Below are positions 31,390 through 44,271 of a stretch of 64,000 bases of DNA, in pieces. The notes beneath the pieces were generated by a model. That model had not been told where the DNA came from, did no database searches, and saw only the letters and a program-made list of their open reading frames with translations. The stretch is from Paraspadella gotoi. Taxonomy: Eukaryota > Animalia > Chaetognatha. Each line of letters starts with the position of its first letter. The first letter of the stretch is position 1. The stretch is taken from assembly GCA_051294375.1 (NCBI GenBank), contig JBJCIZ010000028.1:1301576-1365575 (forward strand), read 5' to 3'. The position numbers and the translations under genes were made by a program.

Positions 31390-33292
31390 ATGACGTCCCT
31401 GACGGCGCCTGAGATTTTCGCCAAATTGAGAGGAGTCTTCTGTCTCTACAAACCCCGAGGCGACCCGGTGGAGCGAGTCCAAGCGAGTTTCTCGCGACTC
31501 CTGGTGGAGGATTTGAACCGAAAGGAGCAACGACCCATGAGACGCCTCGTCATCGTCGAGGAGAACAATTTAGGAGAAGTGGGCGTGCCCGTGGTGACGA
31601 CCGTGCCCGATTTAGCGGATCATCCGCTGGTCATCGGTCCCAGGTGTGAAGGAGAGAGAGGCCCTAGGAAGTGGAAGGGCGGCCTCTGTGGAGATTGACT
31701 TATGTCGGTTGGGTCAGATTGAATCAGCAGGAGCAGTAGCATTCTATTATGTCAAAAATTTCCTTCTTATTTTTATATTAATTCGATGAAGAAATCCTCT
31801 GATTTTTTCCTCTTTTTCATTACATGTATCGTGGTTTTCTCTGGGTTTTACTAGTTTTAGTATCGAAAGGTTTCGTACAAATATTTCGTTAAAAGCCTTA
31901 GTTATCGAGAATTTAAATTACTGGCAATTACATTAAGCTTGAATCGAAAATAAGATAATGTTTTCTCTTGTAATATACAAATGAATTATTTTCTCAAGAA
32001 TTCCCGAAGTGAGGTAAAACTTCTCTCACGTGGGGAAATGAGGGATACTGTATTAAGTATCATTAAATAATTATATTTTTAATCATTGGTGATGTCTGGT
32101 GAAATTTAAAATTGACGGATCGGAGAATTTCGCGGTTCAATTCCGCGAGGAAATTAAACCCAAGAACTGATGAATTTCACCTGCGAATGAATAAGGATCC
32201 AGCGATGATATCGGCCTTAATGTCGTTCATAAGTAATTCGCCAATTGGTGATTAACCTGTGCTTTGAAATTTTATTTTTTTAACGAAATTTAGAAAGCAA
32301 AAATAAGATTAGAAAGAAAAAAAATCTTACATTTCTTTCTTAGTTTAAATACAAAACTATGCTTTTTAATAAACACATAAACATAATATTTAACTTTTCT
32401 ATATATTAATCGCTCATTGAACTCTCACCTTCCTTTCCAGATTCGTCCCCGAAGACATCTCCCCCCTGACCCCACTCAATCCCCTCGCCGACGAATCCAG
32501 CGGCGTCCAACTCTTCGCCCTCGGCGAGACGGCCAAGGAGATGCTGGCCGCCCTAAAGCCGCTCGTCCGCGTCTATCACGTGACCGGAAGACTCGGCCTC
32601 GCCACGCGGGACTTTTTGGACACGGGGAGGCTCGTGGAGAGAGCGTCGTTCAGGCACGTGGATGAGAGAAGGTTGCACAGGGTCGTGCAGGCCTATCAGG
32701 CCGGACACAGGTGAGTAAGAAGGGCATTCATTCGTCGTTCATCGATTGGACATTAATTCATTCATTCATTCATTCGTCAGGCAACAAATATTCCACCGAA
32801 TGGGACTCGACGTTCAGAGTCAAGAAGCCTTTGAAATGGCGGCGCAGGTACGAGATTTATTTGAAAATACAAATTTATATCAATTACGAAATATCTTATT
32901 CTTGAATTAAGTAGCTAAATCTCATTCCTAAATCTATTCCTTTCCCTCTCTTGAAGGGCCTCTTCCGACCCAAACGAGGCCACGAAGGCCTCGTCGCCAT
33001 CGGAATGGAACTCGTCAAATTCTCTCGCCCTTACTTCACCCTCGAAGTCCACCTCCTCAACGGCGACTGCGAGGATCTCCGCACCCTAGTTCACCGAATC
33101 GGAATGGAACTGCGCACGCGCGCCGCGGCTGCGCGCATCCACCGCCTCCGCCACGGCGCGGCGGAGCTGGAAGACGCGCTGCTGGCGACGGAAGTTGACT
33201 GCGTCGGGGTTTTGCGAAATCTCGAGACGATGGAGACGAAGTTGAAGACAGACTTGACGGATTCGGTGGAGATCGAAGAAGACGTTGGATGA
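31390..33292 (+). CDS. TRUB2: Mitochondrial pseudouridine synthase TRUB2, 4 exons
   Basis: KLRGVFCLYKP, LADHPLVIGPR, RVYHVTGRLGLAT, GLDVQSQEAFEMAAQ|GLFRP, FSRPYFTLEV..LRTLVHRIGMELRTRA..IHRLRHG. Confidence 0.88.
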
Positions 33293-33481
33293 ATCCTTAT
33301 TTTGATCGTTGAGATTGAGATAATTATCTCTTTTCCAGCGATAAACAAAAAAAAATAAAACCAAGGAATAAATAAACAAACAAACGAAAAAAAAAAAACG
33401 AAGACGAAATCGAAAGATGGATGAATAAATTGAGTCCAAAACTAGGCAGCGGAAAAATTCTGAACAATAACATAAACAAAA

Positions 33482-34520
33482 ATGGCGGAAGGTGGCCTCG
33501 ATTCCGCCATGAAGAGCCTCGTTCTCGACGACTCGAAATATAATGAGATTAAACTTCGCAAAGAGGAGATTCGCTCTTTCGTCTGGGAGACAATGGACAA
33601 CTCGGGATGCCTCCATCCCTACCCTCCTTCGTCCCGCGATCGAATTCCTAACTTTCTCGGTTCCGCAGCAGCAGCCGCACGACTCTCGCGGACGAGGGAA
33701 TTCGCTGCAGCCGGCGTCGTCAAGGTCAATCCGTCCCTAGCTCAGATGCCGCTGCGTCGCCGGGTACTCGGCTCCGGAAAGAAGCTGCTGGTCCCCGCGC
33801 CGGCGCTGGAAGACGCCGCCTTTTTCTTCGAGCTCGATCCTGGCGCCTTCGAGCGGGAATGGCAGTGCCGGCGCGGGGCGTCCAAGGCCGGCGCCGCGGA
33901 GCTGGGGAGAAAGTTGGGGGCGAAGGAGTTGAAGGAAATGGGGGAGAGGTGAGTGTAAGAGATGATTAGTTAATATGATATGATATATGATATACCCTCT
34001 TATATGAGTTTCGTCTTTTCTTTTGATCTTTTGTCCTTCTGTTTTCGACCTTTTGTTTTTGATTTTTGTATGCCATTTCTTTATATTGAATATCGATGTT
34101 TAATTTATTTAATTTAATTTATTTAATTTAATTTAAATGTTCTTTAACTCTCCAATATAAGCGGCTTCAAGATCGACCTCTTCGTCGTCGCCTCTGTCGC
34201 CGTCTCCCCATTCGGCGTCCGCCTCGCAAAGGCCGCGGATTCGCCGAACTCGAGTGGGCGATCCTCTTTCGGGTTCGGCCTCGTCGACGCCGACAACCGT
34301 CGTCGCAACCTCCGTCCAGAGCGCCAGATCCTCAGCGATCTTCGCCTCGGCGTCGACCTCATGGAGGCGCACGATCTCCCCGTAGACATCATCGTGACTC
34401 CCGAGAGGATCGCAACACGCGCCGGAGGGGCCGGGGTGGTGAAGCCTCGGGCGGGGTGTTGTGGGAGAGAGTGACGACGGAGATGAGAGAGAGCGTGGCC
34501 CGTGTTGAGAAGAATTAGAA
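33482..34520 (+). CDS. MTHFSD: Methenyltetrahydrofolate synthetase domain-containing protein; exon 2 (from 34162) has several indels, end approximate
   Basis: KEEIRSFVWETM, RIPNFLGS..AAARL, VVKVNPSLAQ, IDLFVVASVAVS..G(K)GRGFAELEWA, HDLPVDIIVTP. Confidence 0.8.
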
Positions 34521-35390
34521 GAGATGGGGTGGGGGAAGGGAAAGAGTGGGGTTGTGATTAGAAAGAGATGGGGTGGGGGAAGGGAAAGAGTTGGATTGAC
34601 AATCACTTAATGCTTATTTTTTTTTTCCCTCGCGTCGTTACTTTTTGTTAATGCTTATAGTCGATTTAAGTTTCTGATTATCTTTTGAGAAACGTTCTTT
34701 CCTATATATATTATATAAGTATAAGGAGAACTTGATCGGAATCCAGGCCTTCGGATTCCTTTCTCTGGATTTTAAACGAGATTTTCGTTGGAGCAAAACG
34801 TTTTCTACCGAATTGGTTTTGTGGGAATCTCGCGTTTCGAAGATCCGTGTCGACCCTTCCCTTCACTTGACGGGAAACGAGTTGGTTGACCTCAGTTACT
34901 CGTTTTGGAGAATCTTTGTCGGTGAATTGAAACAAGAACCGAAAGGGTTAGACGGAGTGAGCTGTGGAGTGGTAGGGGAACACAGTACAGAGTGATAGGG
35001 GAACACAGTCAGATCGTACAGAGAAACCACAAGATTAATCTACCGCTCTTCCCCGCACCCAGATAGGGAAGAGAAATTAAAAATGGATTGGTTAATTATC
35101 TAAGACTGTATGAAAATTAAATAACTTGAAGGCGGAGTGTCAATTTGTACTTATATATATTTTTTTCATCTATTAGGGGAATAAGCCGCTTATAAATTAA
35201 ATAATCAAAATGAAACTGCGAAGAAAAACATTTTGCCACCGAAAAAACTTTTCGTGTTTCGTCTTGTGTTAAACCTGTTAAGGAGAATATCCATCACGAA
35301 GGTGAACAACTTTTTAATTATTATTTTTATAATCATCATCTTATAATAATAAATGGGCTGTCTCAGTGTGCCCTCCTGAAAAACCAAAGG

Positions 35391-38300
35391 ATGGAAGCGG
35401 AAGTGACCACCGAACTCGTCGACTGCGCCCTCAACGCCTTTTATCACGGACCCGCTGATCAGCAACGCGCCGCCAATGAGCTCCTCACCTCGGCCCAGGT
35501 CTCGCCCGGCGCCTGGTCCTTTTGCTGGGACCTCTTGGCGCGAGAGGGCCAGACGGTCGTCCAGTTCTTCGGCGCCTGCACTTTGCACGTCAAGCTCTCG
35601 CGGTTTTGGAAGGAGTTGCCGCCCGATAAATATCAGGAGGTTAGAAACTTAGAATCTTTTAAGTATAAATGGGCCAAATTTTTAAAAGAATATTACATAC
35701 TACATTCTTTTTAAATGTTAACTGTATGGTGGCCTAAAATCCACCAACCGTTCATCAGCGGCCATTGGTGCAGGAGGCAAGTCTTTCGCCTTCCAACCCA
35801 AAGGTCCTGATCCGAAGCTCAGGGACTGCTTATATTGAACGGTTCTGTCACTAACACATAACAACAATTACTGTCTCTTCAACTTATTATTTTCAGTATA
35901 TTTGACGCCATTCACCAAACTTCATAGGTTCCAATTTGTATTATTTTTCATACAATTAAAATCCTTTTAGTAACTTCTTTAAGAATTTAGTGAATGAAAT
36001 TATTTTGATTCACCCTAAACCTAAATTTTCCGCCAGGTCAAAGTACGTCTCTTGGAAGAGATCGCCAAGAGTCTCCGCGACTCCTCGGCCAAGATGGTCT
36101 TCAGCAAACTCTGCGCCGCCTTGGCCGTCTTCGCCGTTCAGACTTGTCCAGACATTTGGCCGGACACTGTCCAGTCCCTCGTCGCGGCCTTGGAGGAGCC
36201 GGGCCTTCGCCTGACCACGGAACAGTCTCGCCTGGCGATCCTTGAGGCGCTGACCGCCCTGCCAGAGGAGTTTCCCTCTGTACACGTGGATCAATACCGG
36301 CGAAGCTTGATTAGAAACGAGCTGTCAGTCAAGGGTTCTCCTTTTGTCCTCCAGGTTGTTGTTTGAAATACGGATTAATGAATGAACGAATGAACGTATT
36401 AATGAATGAATGAAACTGTATTATTAAATTTGCAGATACTGCAGTCCCTCTTCAACGCTTGTCAAAACGCACCTGTGGAACAACAGTGTCACTACACGAA
36501 TCAATGCGTCGCGGGAATCAAATGTTTTTCAGCTTGGGTCGTTCTCGGTACAAATAACAATTTCAAAAACTTAAAATACTTTGTTACTAAGATGTAAACA
36601 TTTAATCATTGATTTTTGATTTTTATTTAAACGTATAATTTATTTTAATATATTATTTAATAAATAGAGTAATGGTGGATTAAAATCCACCAACCGTTCA
36701 TTCAGCGGCCATTGGTGCCGAGGCAAGTCATTCGCCTCCCTACCCAAAGGCCGGGGTTCTAGCCGCGGTGGTCGTCTGGCAGTTAAGAGGGACGGGGCGC
36801 TTAACCCGCCTGTAACATGGTGTTACAGCCTGATCCGAAGCTCAGGACTGCTTATATTGACGGTTCTGTTCACTAACACATTAACAATAATCTACTAAGG
36901 CATAGTGAAAGTTACATACGAAAATTCATAAAGTCATTATTACACATACCATCAGTGAACATTAATTTGTAAAAAAAATTAATTTTGTTTTTTAATTTCG
37001 CAGTAGGCTATATTTATATAAGTATTATCCTTATAAAATCGAAAAAAATTTAAAATAGCTTTTTTTCATTTTGGATGCAGATCTGAATTCCTCGTCAAAA
37101 GTTGATAAAGTAAAATAATCATTTTTAAAAATTTTTTCATTAAGTGGGTTAAAAATTAAAAAAACTATATTAATATATAAAAAGTGAATTTCAGCTTCAA
37201 ATATAGCTAAATTCTAATTTTTTGACCACTTAATGAATGAAATTTTCAAAAAGAGTTATATTCTTTTTTCCAACTTTTAATGAACAATCCAAATCTGCAA
37301 AAAAATCTTAAAAAGACTGTTTAAAATTTAACATTTATTGGTTTAAAGTACTAGTATAGAATAGTGGCCTACGCGTAAATTGTAAGATTATTATAATTTT
37401 TTTATTACATAAATGTCATTAGTATAATGATTGTTTTCGTTCCTCACTTTTTAGAATTTAATTAAGTTAAATTTAGAATTTACTACGCCCTTAATAATTA
37501 CTGTCTCTTCCAAGAGGTTTATTTTTTATTTTGCTCAGGTTTGGCCGATCGAAAATGTTCGTCCGATTCTTCCTCATCTCTTCGCCGCCATGAGGTCCGA
37601 ACCTTTGTTCGAGTCAGGTAATGTTAATAATGATGTGCTAAACCATATGTCATGTCATAGTAACTGTGTGCAATGATGTCACTAATGTCACTTGTGCCAA
37701 TGATGTCACTATGTCACTTGTGTCAATGATTGCAACTGTCGATGCTTTTGTTGTTTTGGAACCTTTTGCCTTTGATCTCGTGTGTGTAGTAGAGTTCACA
37801 CAATAGTTGGCCTTTCACTCTCGATCTCCTGCGAAACCGTGATCCTTATTGTCTTCAGCGGCGGACGCGTTGGTCCACGTCGCCAGTCATCCGGAGATGA
37901 ACAAATTTCCGACCATCTGGAACGAGATCGTCGCCTCCACTTTGCTATTAAACGATTTGTTGCAACAGGTTCACATTCTAATTTATTTAAATTCAAAATT
38001 CATCGTATTTATTGGGAAAAAAAGTGAAAATTAAATAGTAAATCGCTAAAACCGTTAGGCTCTCCAATCCCGCGACACGGACGCCGCCCTTCATCTTGGC
38101 CGCATCGTCGTGACTTTGGCCGAGACGAACACGGGTCATCTGCTCGACCGGTTCCTGCGCGACTCACCGAGCGGCGACAGCGGCGTCGGCGGCGTCGCCC
38201 ACAATCACCTCCTGATGATCCTCTCCTGTTCTCGGGCGCCGGGATTTTTCGGCGTCGACGAACTCGTCTCCGAACTTCCTTTTCCTTTTTGGTATTCGTT

Positions 38301-40505
38301 TCAAGACGAGATCGTCTCGGCCAATGAGGAGAAGCGGGCCACGCTCATGATCAAGGTAAGAGTTGAGGAGGCGGTGAGTAAAGGGAAAGTTTTGCGGGGA
38401 GTGAGTGACGGTGCTGCTTGGTGATGGAGGGAAGAGTAAAAAGTCGAACGGGACTCGAGAAAAGCGATTCGGTGTCAGTGCAAAAAGTACGTCGCTTAAT
38501 CTCATTTACATATTGTTGTAGTTTACATCATTTCTCATATCTTTTGATACGATTGTTGTAGAAGACTTTTAGAATTTTAGTAATACTTTCAATAATGATT
38601 GATAATAATTTAGTTTTCCAATTTTCCAAATTTTTCATTGCAGTAAGACATCACCGACAAATCAATCCCTTGTTCTTTCAGGCGCAAACCGTCTACATGT
38701 CTCTAGTGGAGATTTTCCTTGAAAAAGTCCAGTTCCCTTCCGACGCCGAGTATCTCGAGTGGAGCAACGAGGATAAGGAGCTTTTCCGCTGCTACCGTCA
38801 GGACGTCAGCGACACGATTCTCTACGCTTACAACATTTTGGGCGAATCGATGCTGCGTGCGCTGGTGTCCGCCATCGACGCCGCTGCAGCCACTGCAGCC
38901 GGCGCCGCAGACTCTTGGCAAAAGACTGAAGCGGCGCTTTTCCTTTTTGCGGCGACGGCAGAGGGCGTTGAACGTCACTACAGTCAAAACGTCGAAGTCC
39001 TGCTGCGTCTCCTGCCGCGTCTGCCGTCGATGCGGGAAGAGCCTCGACTCGTCGACACGGCGCTTCATCTCGTGGGTGGATTCGCCGAATGGCTCTCCGC
39101 TCATCCAGAGCCGCTCCTCAACCTGGTCCCGCTTTTCTTAGAGGCTCTTGGGGAGCCGGCCGTGCTTGAGCCGGCCACTTTCGCTCTGAAGGACGTTTGC
39201 CGCGAGGCCAAGCGACATTTGGCGCCGGTGGCGCCGGACATTCTCAGCGCGGCCCACACGGCCTTGCGGACGCCGGGACTGAAGAGTCGAGAGCAGACGC
39301 GCATCATCGCCGCTTGCGGATATTTGCTCTCGGCGCTGCCGCCAGCCGCGGTGCTCGAGCACCTCAATACTCTCTTGGCGCCGCATCTCGACCAAGTCTG
39401 GAGGATCGTCTCTTCTCCGGCGTCGACGCCTCCTGCAGAAAAGAAACTAATCGTCTCCAAGTTGGAGATGTTGGGAAGTCTCTACACGACCATCTCCTCT
39501 GGCCCTGGCGAGGAGAGCGAAGGGTCCGAGGATGAAGCGAGTCATCAGACCGAAGCGTCTCGTCAAACCCCCGAGACTCACGGCAAAACCGTCCTCGTCG
39601 TCCAGAGTCGCCTCCAGGAATTGATGGAAAAAATCTTGGCCAAGTATCTTGACGACGAAGTTATCGTCGAAGGCGTCTGCGAGCTGCTGCAGCGGTGCTG
39701 CCGCTCCCTGCTGGAGGAATTCGGACCTCTTGTCGAATCAACGACGCGTCTTGTGGGCGAACTCTTTCCCGCTGCGCCTCACGCATCCATGATCCACTTG
39801 GCGTCGCAAGTGACGCTCGTTCATCACAACGAAGCGTCACACGTGGATCGAGTCGCGTCAATGTTCGGCGCCATCAGTTCAGAGTGCGTTCGTCTCTTTC
39901 AACCTCCTGGCGCCATCGGAAACTTACCCGACACGGCGCAGGCTTTCCTCACCTACCTCGCCACCGTCTTCCGCAAGTGCCCGACGCTAGTGCAGCGCTG
40001 CAGCGTCGTCCCGGACGGCGGCGTCGCCGATCTGGCGCCGCTCGTCCACTGTGGCCTCGTGGGGCTGGAGTTGCCCGAGGCGCCGACGGCCAAAGCTGCT
40101 TGCGGACTTCTTGTCGAGCTGGCTTCTCAATCAAACGGCGCCTGCGAAGCCGTGCGGCGTGTAGTCAGGAACGAAGGTCTGGTCGTTTTGGAAGCGACGC
40201 TGCTTGCCATCGCCGGCGGCGCCGCCCGCTCCCTCGCCGATCCGCTCGCCGACGTCATCTTCGCTTTGGCGCGGAATCAGGTGGAGTTGACGAGGCGTTG
40301 GCTGGAAACGTTGCTGGTGGAGCGGGAGGCGTTTCCAAACTCTCGAGTGACGCCGACGCAGAAGCAACACTTTCTCAAGTCGGTCTTCAAGTCCAACAAA
40401 CGGAGAGTGAAGGAGATCGTCAAGGAGTTCTCTCTCGCGTGTCGGGGTCTTGTAGGGACGGAATACGGGAACGCTCAGCGACGGGTCGATCAGTTGTTTA
40501 TGTAG
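35391..40505 (+). CDS. IPO13: Importin-13
   Basis: AQVSPGAWSFCW..VQFFGACTLHVKLSRFW, LEALTALPEEF, FWYSFQDEI, EDKELFRCYRQDVSDT, NKRRVKEIVKEFSLACRGLVGTEY. Confidence 0.93.
35725..35881 (+). mobile_element. Family A element, internally deleted (B box and most of the twister lost)
   Basis: Same ends as 16638-16871; junction AAAGGTCC|TGATCCGAAG; flanks ACTG/ACTT. Confidence 0.85.
36779..36851 (+). ncRNA. Type-P5 twister ribozyme-like motif
   Basis: Same as 16746-16819, with P1 = GGCGCT. Confidence 0.75.
36896..37493. mobile_element. AT-rich MITE-like insertion with imperfect ~15-bp TIRs
   Basis: TAAGGCATAGTGAAA ... TTTACTACGCCCTTA; absent from the other family A copies. Confidence 0.65.
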
Positions 40506-40879
40506 TTGCGGGGAGAGTTATATTTTATTTTTTATTGTGGTATTTATTCGTACCGATTTTCATTTAAGATTTAAAATCCCCAAAAATTGTTTTTACGATG
40601 GAAGTTCTGCTTCGTATTGAAAGCGAGAAAAGTCGCTGGAATTTAAAGATTATCGACTAAGTGACCCCTTAGTATATGAAATCATATATTTTTTCTTTCG
40701 AACCGTAAATAAAAGTATTTTGTCCAGTTTTGAATTAGTTAGCGTTTTTCAGCTTTCAGTTTAAGTTTTAGCTTGAATCTCGAAATAATTTTTTTTTCTC
40801 GCGCTGTCGAACTTGCCACTGAACGTTATGTTTATTTTTTTAGTTTGATTTAGATTTCGTGACGAATCAAACGTCGATA

Positions 40880-43410
40880 ATGGCTTCCGGTGCGTATTTT
40901 TGTACATAATAGTATAATATTGGAATACTATGCAATGCATAGTATGCATGAAAATAAGCGATAATGATTCAATTTATAGGCGGAGTCCCGGGAGTTAATC
41001 GCGTCTTGAATAAATTAAGAAACTCGATCGAAGCCGGAAATTATTACGAGGCCCATCAAATGTACAAAACCTTGTACTTCAGGTATTATCAATATTAAAT
41101 ATTATTTTTCAATTAAATTAATTACATTAACCTTACTATAACTATCGTTTTAAGGTATACGAATCAAGAAAAGTACGCCGAGGTTATCGACCTTCTCTAC
41201 GATGGAGCCTTGAAGCTCAGCAAGCACGAGCAGTTCCAAAGCGCTGCGGATCTCTGCATGCTGCTTGTTGAGACGTTGAAGCGATCCAATGACGGTGAGT
41301 TCGAAAGAAAATAACCTCAAGTTCATTTTATTATTTATAAAAAAGATGGCGCATAATAACATGTATTAACAAATAGAAAAAAATCGCCGTTAGTGTAGTA
41401 AAAACCAAAACTAAACTAGATGTGACCTCAATATAGTATTCTGTGAGAAATTTTTTTAGAAGTTTCGCATTATGTTTAGAAAGTTAGTTCAATTTTCAAC
41501 ATGGAATCCCCCCAACCCCACCCCCCAATCCTCACCCCCCAATCCTCACCCCCAAATCCTCACCCCCCAACCCCACCGCGACCCTAGATGTTGAAGACGC
41601 CCACATGAAAAAACTGGGCGAGCTCTTCTCCGCCCTCCGTCCCAATCAGATCGAGAGGCAGAACTTCCTCGTGGCGGCGCTGCAGTGGACGGCAAGCGGT
41701 GAAGACGCCTACAAATCCGGACATCCCGCGCTGCACTCCTGCGTCGCCGAGACTTTTTGGAAGGAGAAGAATTACGCCCAAGCGCGGTGAGCCTTGATAT
41801 GCTGGTTATGGAAAGGCCATACGTTAACTTAATTCGTTAACTTATTTAATATTAACACGCTTTTTAGTCGGATCTGCTTATCAGCAGATTCCGACTTTGT
41901 AATCCACTTTGTCGGTCCCACCCCAAAAGGTTGTCGGGCATTCACTTATATCATGTCAGAACATCGAATTATGATAAATTAAGTCCGTCCCCCTTTAGCA
42001 TTAAATCCCAATTACTCGTGATTGGATGGTTGGATTGGAATGAAATTTCGCGTATGGGTAGGAAAGTGTGTGATTGAGCTGGATATAAAATATTATATAT
42101 ATATATATTTAATATAATAAAAATCTTATGTTAACAATACTTAAGGGAGTGGTCTTTTCATACAATTGAAACATTCTTTGAAATATTATACCACTTCATT
42201 GATAGGGAAGCCAGGTACTCTGGGAGTGAATAAACGAGACTGTGAGAGAGTCTTGATTGAAAGCTTGCAGGGACCTGCTATGTCATTATCTTGTAAGAGT
42301 GATGGAGGCCTTAAACCACCAAAGCCTGTCCAAAGTCAGGGGCAAGATAGCTTATTTATTAAATGAATGGATAATTTTTATATTGGTTGTACCAATTTCA
42401 TGAACACATGTATACGTGAACAAAAAAGGAAAATAAAAAAAAGAGATCAGAGGAAAAAGTCAGTCAAGTTTGCACGATTTACACGCGGTCTTTCACCATC
42501 AAGTGACACGAAACTTATCAATGAATGAATAATATCCTCCTAAATTCATAAGTCAGTAGTCTTGAAGCGAGTCCGCTCCTTATTCTTAACATTGTCATTT
42601 ATATATTTTGCCAGCGTAACAAAAATAGTTTCAACTTCCGAAATATCTCTCGCTTATCGCCTCTGCAATATGCAAATAAGTTTGAAACATCGATTAGAGA
42701 GATACCTCCCCCCTTTCCAACCCAGCTATCACTTCGTCCACTCTCACGCCGGCGAATCCTGTGGCCTCATGTTGGTGGAATTCTCCACCTCGCGAGGATT
42801 CCCTTCCGAGGCGGACCTCTTCATCACTCAAGCCGTGCTGCAGTTCCTCTGCCTTTCCAACAAGTCGACGGCGGAATCTGCCTTCAAGGCCTACACTTCC
42901 CGTCATCCGGCCATCGCCCCGCGTCAGCCTCCCTTTCTCATGCCGCTGCTCAACTTTGTCTGGTTCCTTCTTTTAACAGTGGAGACGGGCAAGCTGGCTC
43001 TCTTCACCCTTCTCTGCGAGAGATATCAAGTCTCTATCGGGCGAGACCCCGCCTACCGCAAATACCTCGACAGGATCGGGCAGCTGTTCTTCGGCGTTCC
43101 GCCGCCGACGCGGCAGCCGGGCGGCGGCGGCGGCGTTTTGGGCAACTTGATGGCGTCGATGATGGGTGGCGGCGGCAGCGGCGGATCGCCTGCCTCGAGG
43201 CCTTTTGCCAACGGAGGCTGCGACGGCAACGACGATGACGACGACGACGAACCTTTTAACTTTGAAGATCTGTTCTCTTCCTTCATGCGCGGCGGCGGCG
43301 GCGGCGGCGGCGGATCATCTGCCCCGCCATCAGGACCACACCGCGTCGCCAATTCGAATAATCAGCCCGCGAAGAAAAAGACTTTGAAACAGGACGACGA
43401 TCTCGACTGA
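40880..43410 (+). CDS. GET4: Golgi-to-ER traffic protein 4 (TRC35), 5 exons, first coding exon 10 nt
   Basis: [16 protein letters not shown]|[72 protein letters not shown]. Confidence 0.93.
42287..42349 (+). ncRNA. Compact type-P5 twister ribozyme-like motif (family C)
   Basis: TATCTTG-taag-AGT-GA-TGG-AGGCCT-TAA-ACC-AC-caaag-CCTG-T-CCA-AA-GT-CAGG-gg-CAAGATA. A second copy lies at 56837 on the opposite strand. Confidence 0.72.
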
Positions 43411-43419
43411 AGATTGCAG

Positions 43420-43530
43420 TGCCGGGTTACATCCGGGTGTAGTGCCGGTTTGCATACGTGGAAGGCGTAGGGTTACATCCGGGTGCGGAGCCGGATACAT
43501 CCGTTTGCGATGCCGGATTACATCCGGGTT
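43420..43530. repeat. Array of about 5 CCGG(A/G)TTACATCCGGGT hairpin-forming units just after the GET4 stop
   Basis: Units at ~43422, 43445, 43470, 43491 and 43513. Confidence 0.8.
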
Positions 43531-43902
43531 CGGAGTCACGTTCCCCCCTTTTGGCGCCGTATTTCATTAACTTCCGTTATACAGCATTTTTGAATCACTT
43601 ATGTTTTCTCGTAGGAAAAGAAATAGTATACTTGCGTTAAATATCTTCGGCATTTTATTTAACTTAAAAAAGCTTCATTCGATAGTCAATATACCCACGG
43701 TATTTAAAAGATTTTTTTTCAAACGTATTGTTCTATTATTATTTCTACTCTTCTTTTTTTTTTGTCGATCGAAAGGAATAAATAAACAAAACCAAAAACA
43801 GAAAAAAGAAAAGAAATGAAAAAGTGACTTTTTTTCTCGAATTGGATTAAAATCGAGATCCCCCCCACGTCCCTCCGCCACCGCCACAGCCACCGCCGCA
43901 CC

Positions 43903-44271
43903 ATGACCCAACACCCTCTAACTCTGGCCCAAACCAAAGAGGCTCTCCGCGACGTGTTGGCCGCCTTCGAAAAGGGGGAAAACGCCCGTCGCCTCGACGA
44001 GCAGCGCGACCGAGCGGGCAACGACATGTTGAAGACGATGCAGAGCGTCTTCCCTCTTCTGGTCCAGATTCAAGAAGAGGTCATTCAAAAGTACGGATTC
44101 ACCGGCGACGGGGACGGATCTCTCAAGTTCCTCCACATTTGTCGCGATTACGAGAAACAAGACGCGGAGATTCGTCAGATGAATTCCACGCTCAAGAACA
44201 TCTTTCTCCCGCCGCTGCAGTACAAGCCGTCGGGCGGCGGCGGAGGCGGCGGCGGCGGCGGGGAGTCCTGA
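43903..44271 (+). CDS. C12orf57: Protein C10 / GRCC10 family (intronless CDS)
   Basis: ENARRLDEQRDRAGNDMLKTMQSVFP..QIQEEVIQKYGFTGDGDG..FLPP. Confidence 0.9.
   Translation: MTQHPLTLAQTKEALRDVLAAFEKGENARRLDEQRDRAGNDMLKTMQSVFPLLVQIQEEVIQKYGFTGDGDGSLKFLHICRDYEKQDAEIRQMNSTLKNIFLPPLQYKPSGGGGGGGGGGES

Larger units (their letters stand above)
36670..37512 (+). mobile_element. Family A element interrupted by a nested ~600-bp insertion
   Basis: Family A sequence at 36670-36891 resumes at ~37494 (ATAATTACTGTCTCTTC); flanks AGAG/AGAG. Confidence 0.82.

Noticed and set aside
39695-40567. Long alternative-frame and antisense ORFs over IPO13, GFM1, DTWD1 and the 11-14 kb exon
   Set aside because: Expected shadows of GC-rich coding sequence; Arg/Ser-rich with no recognisable motifs.
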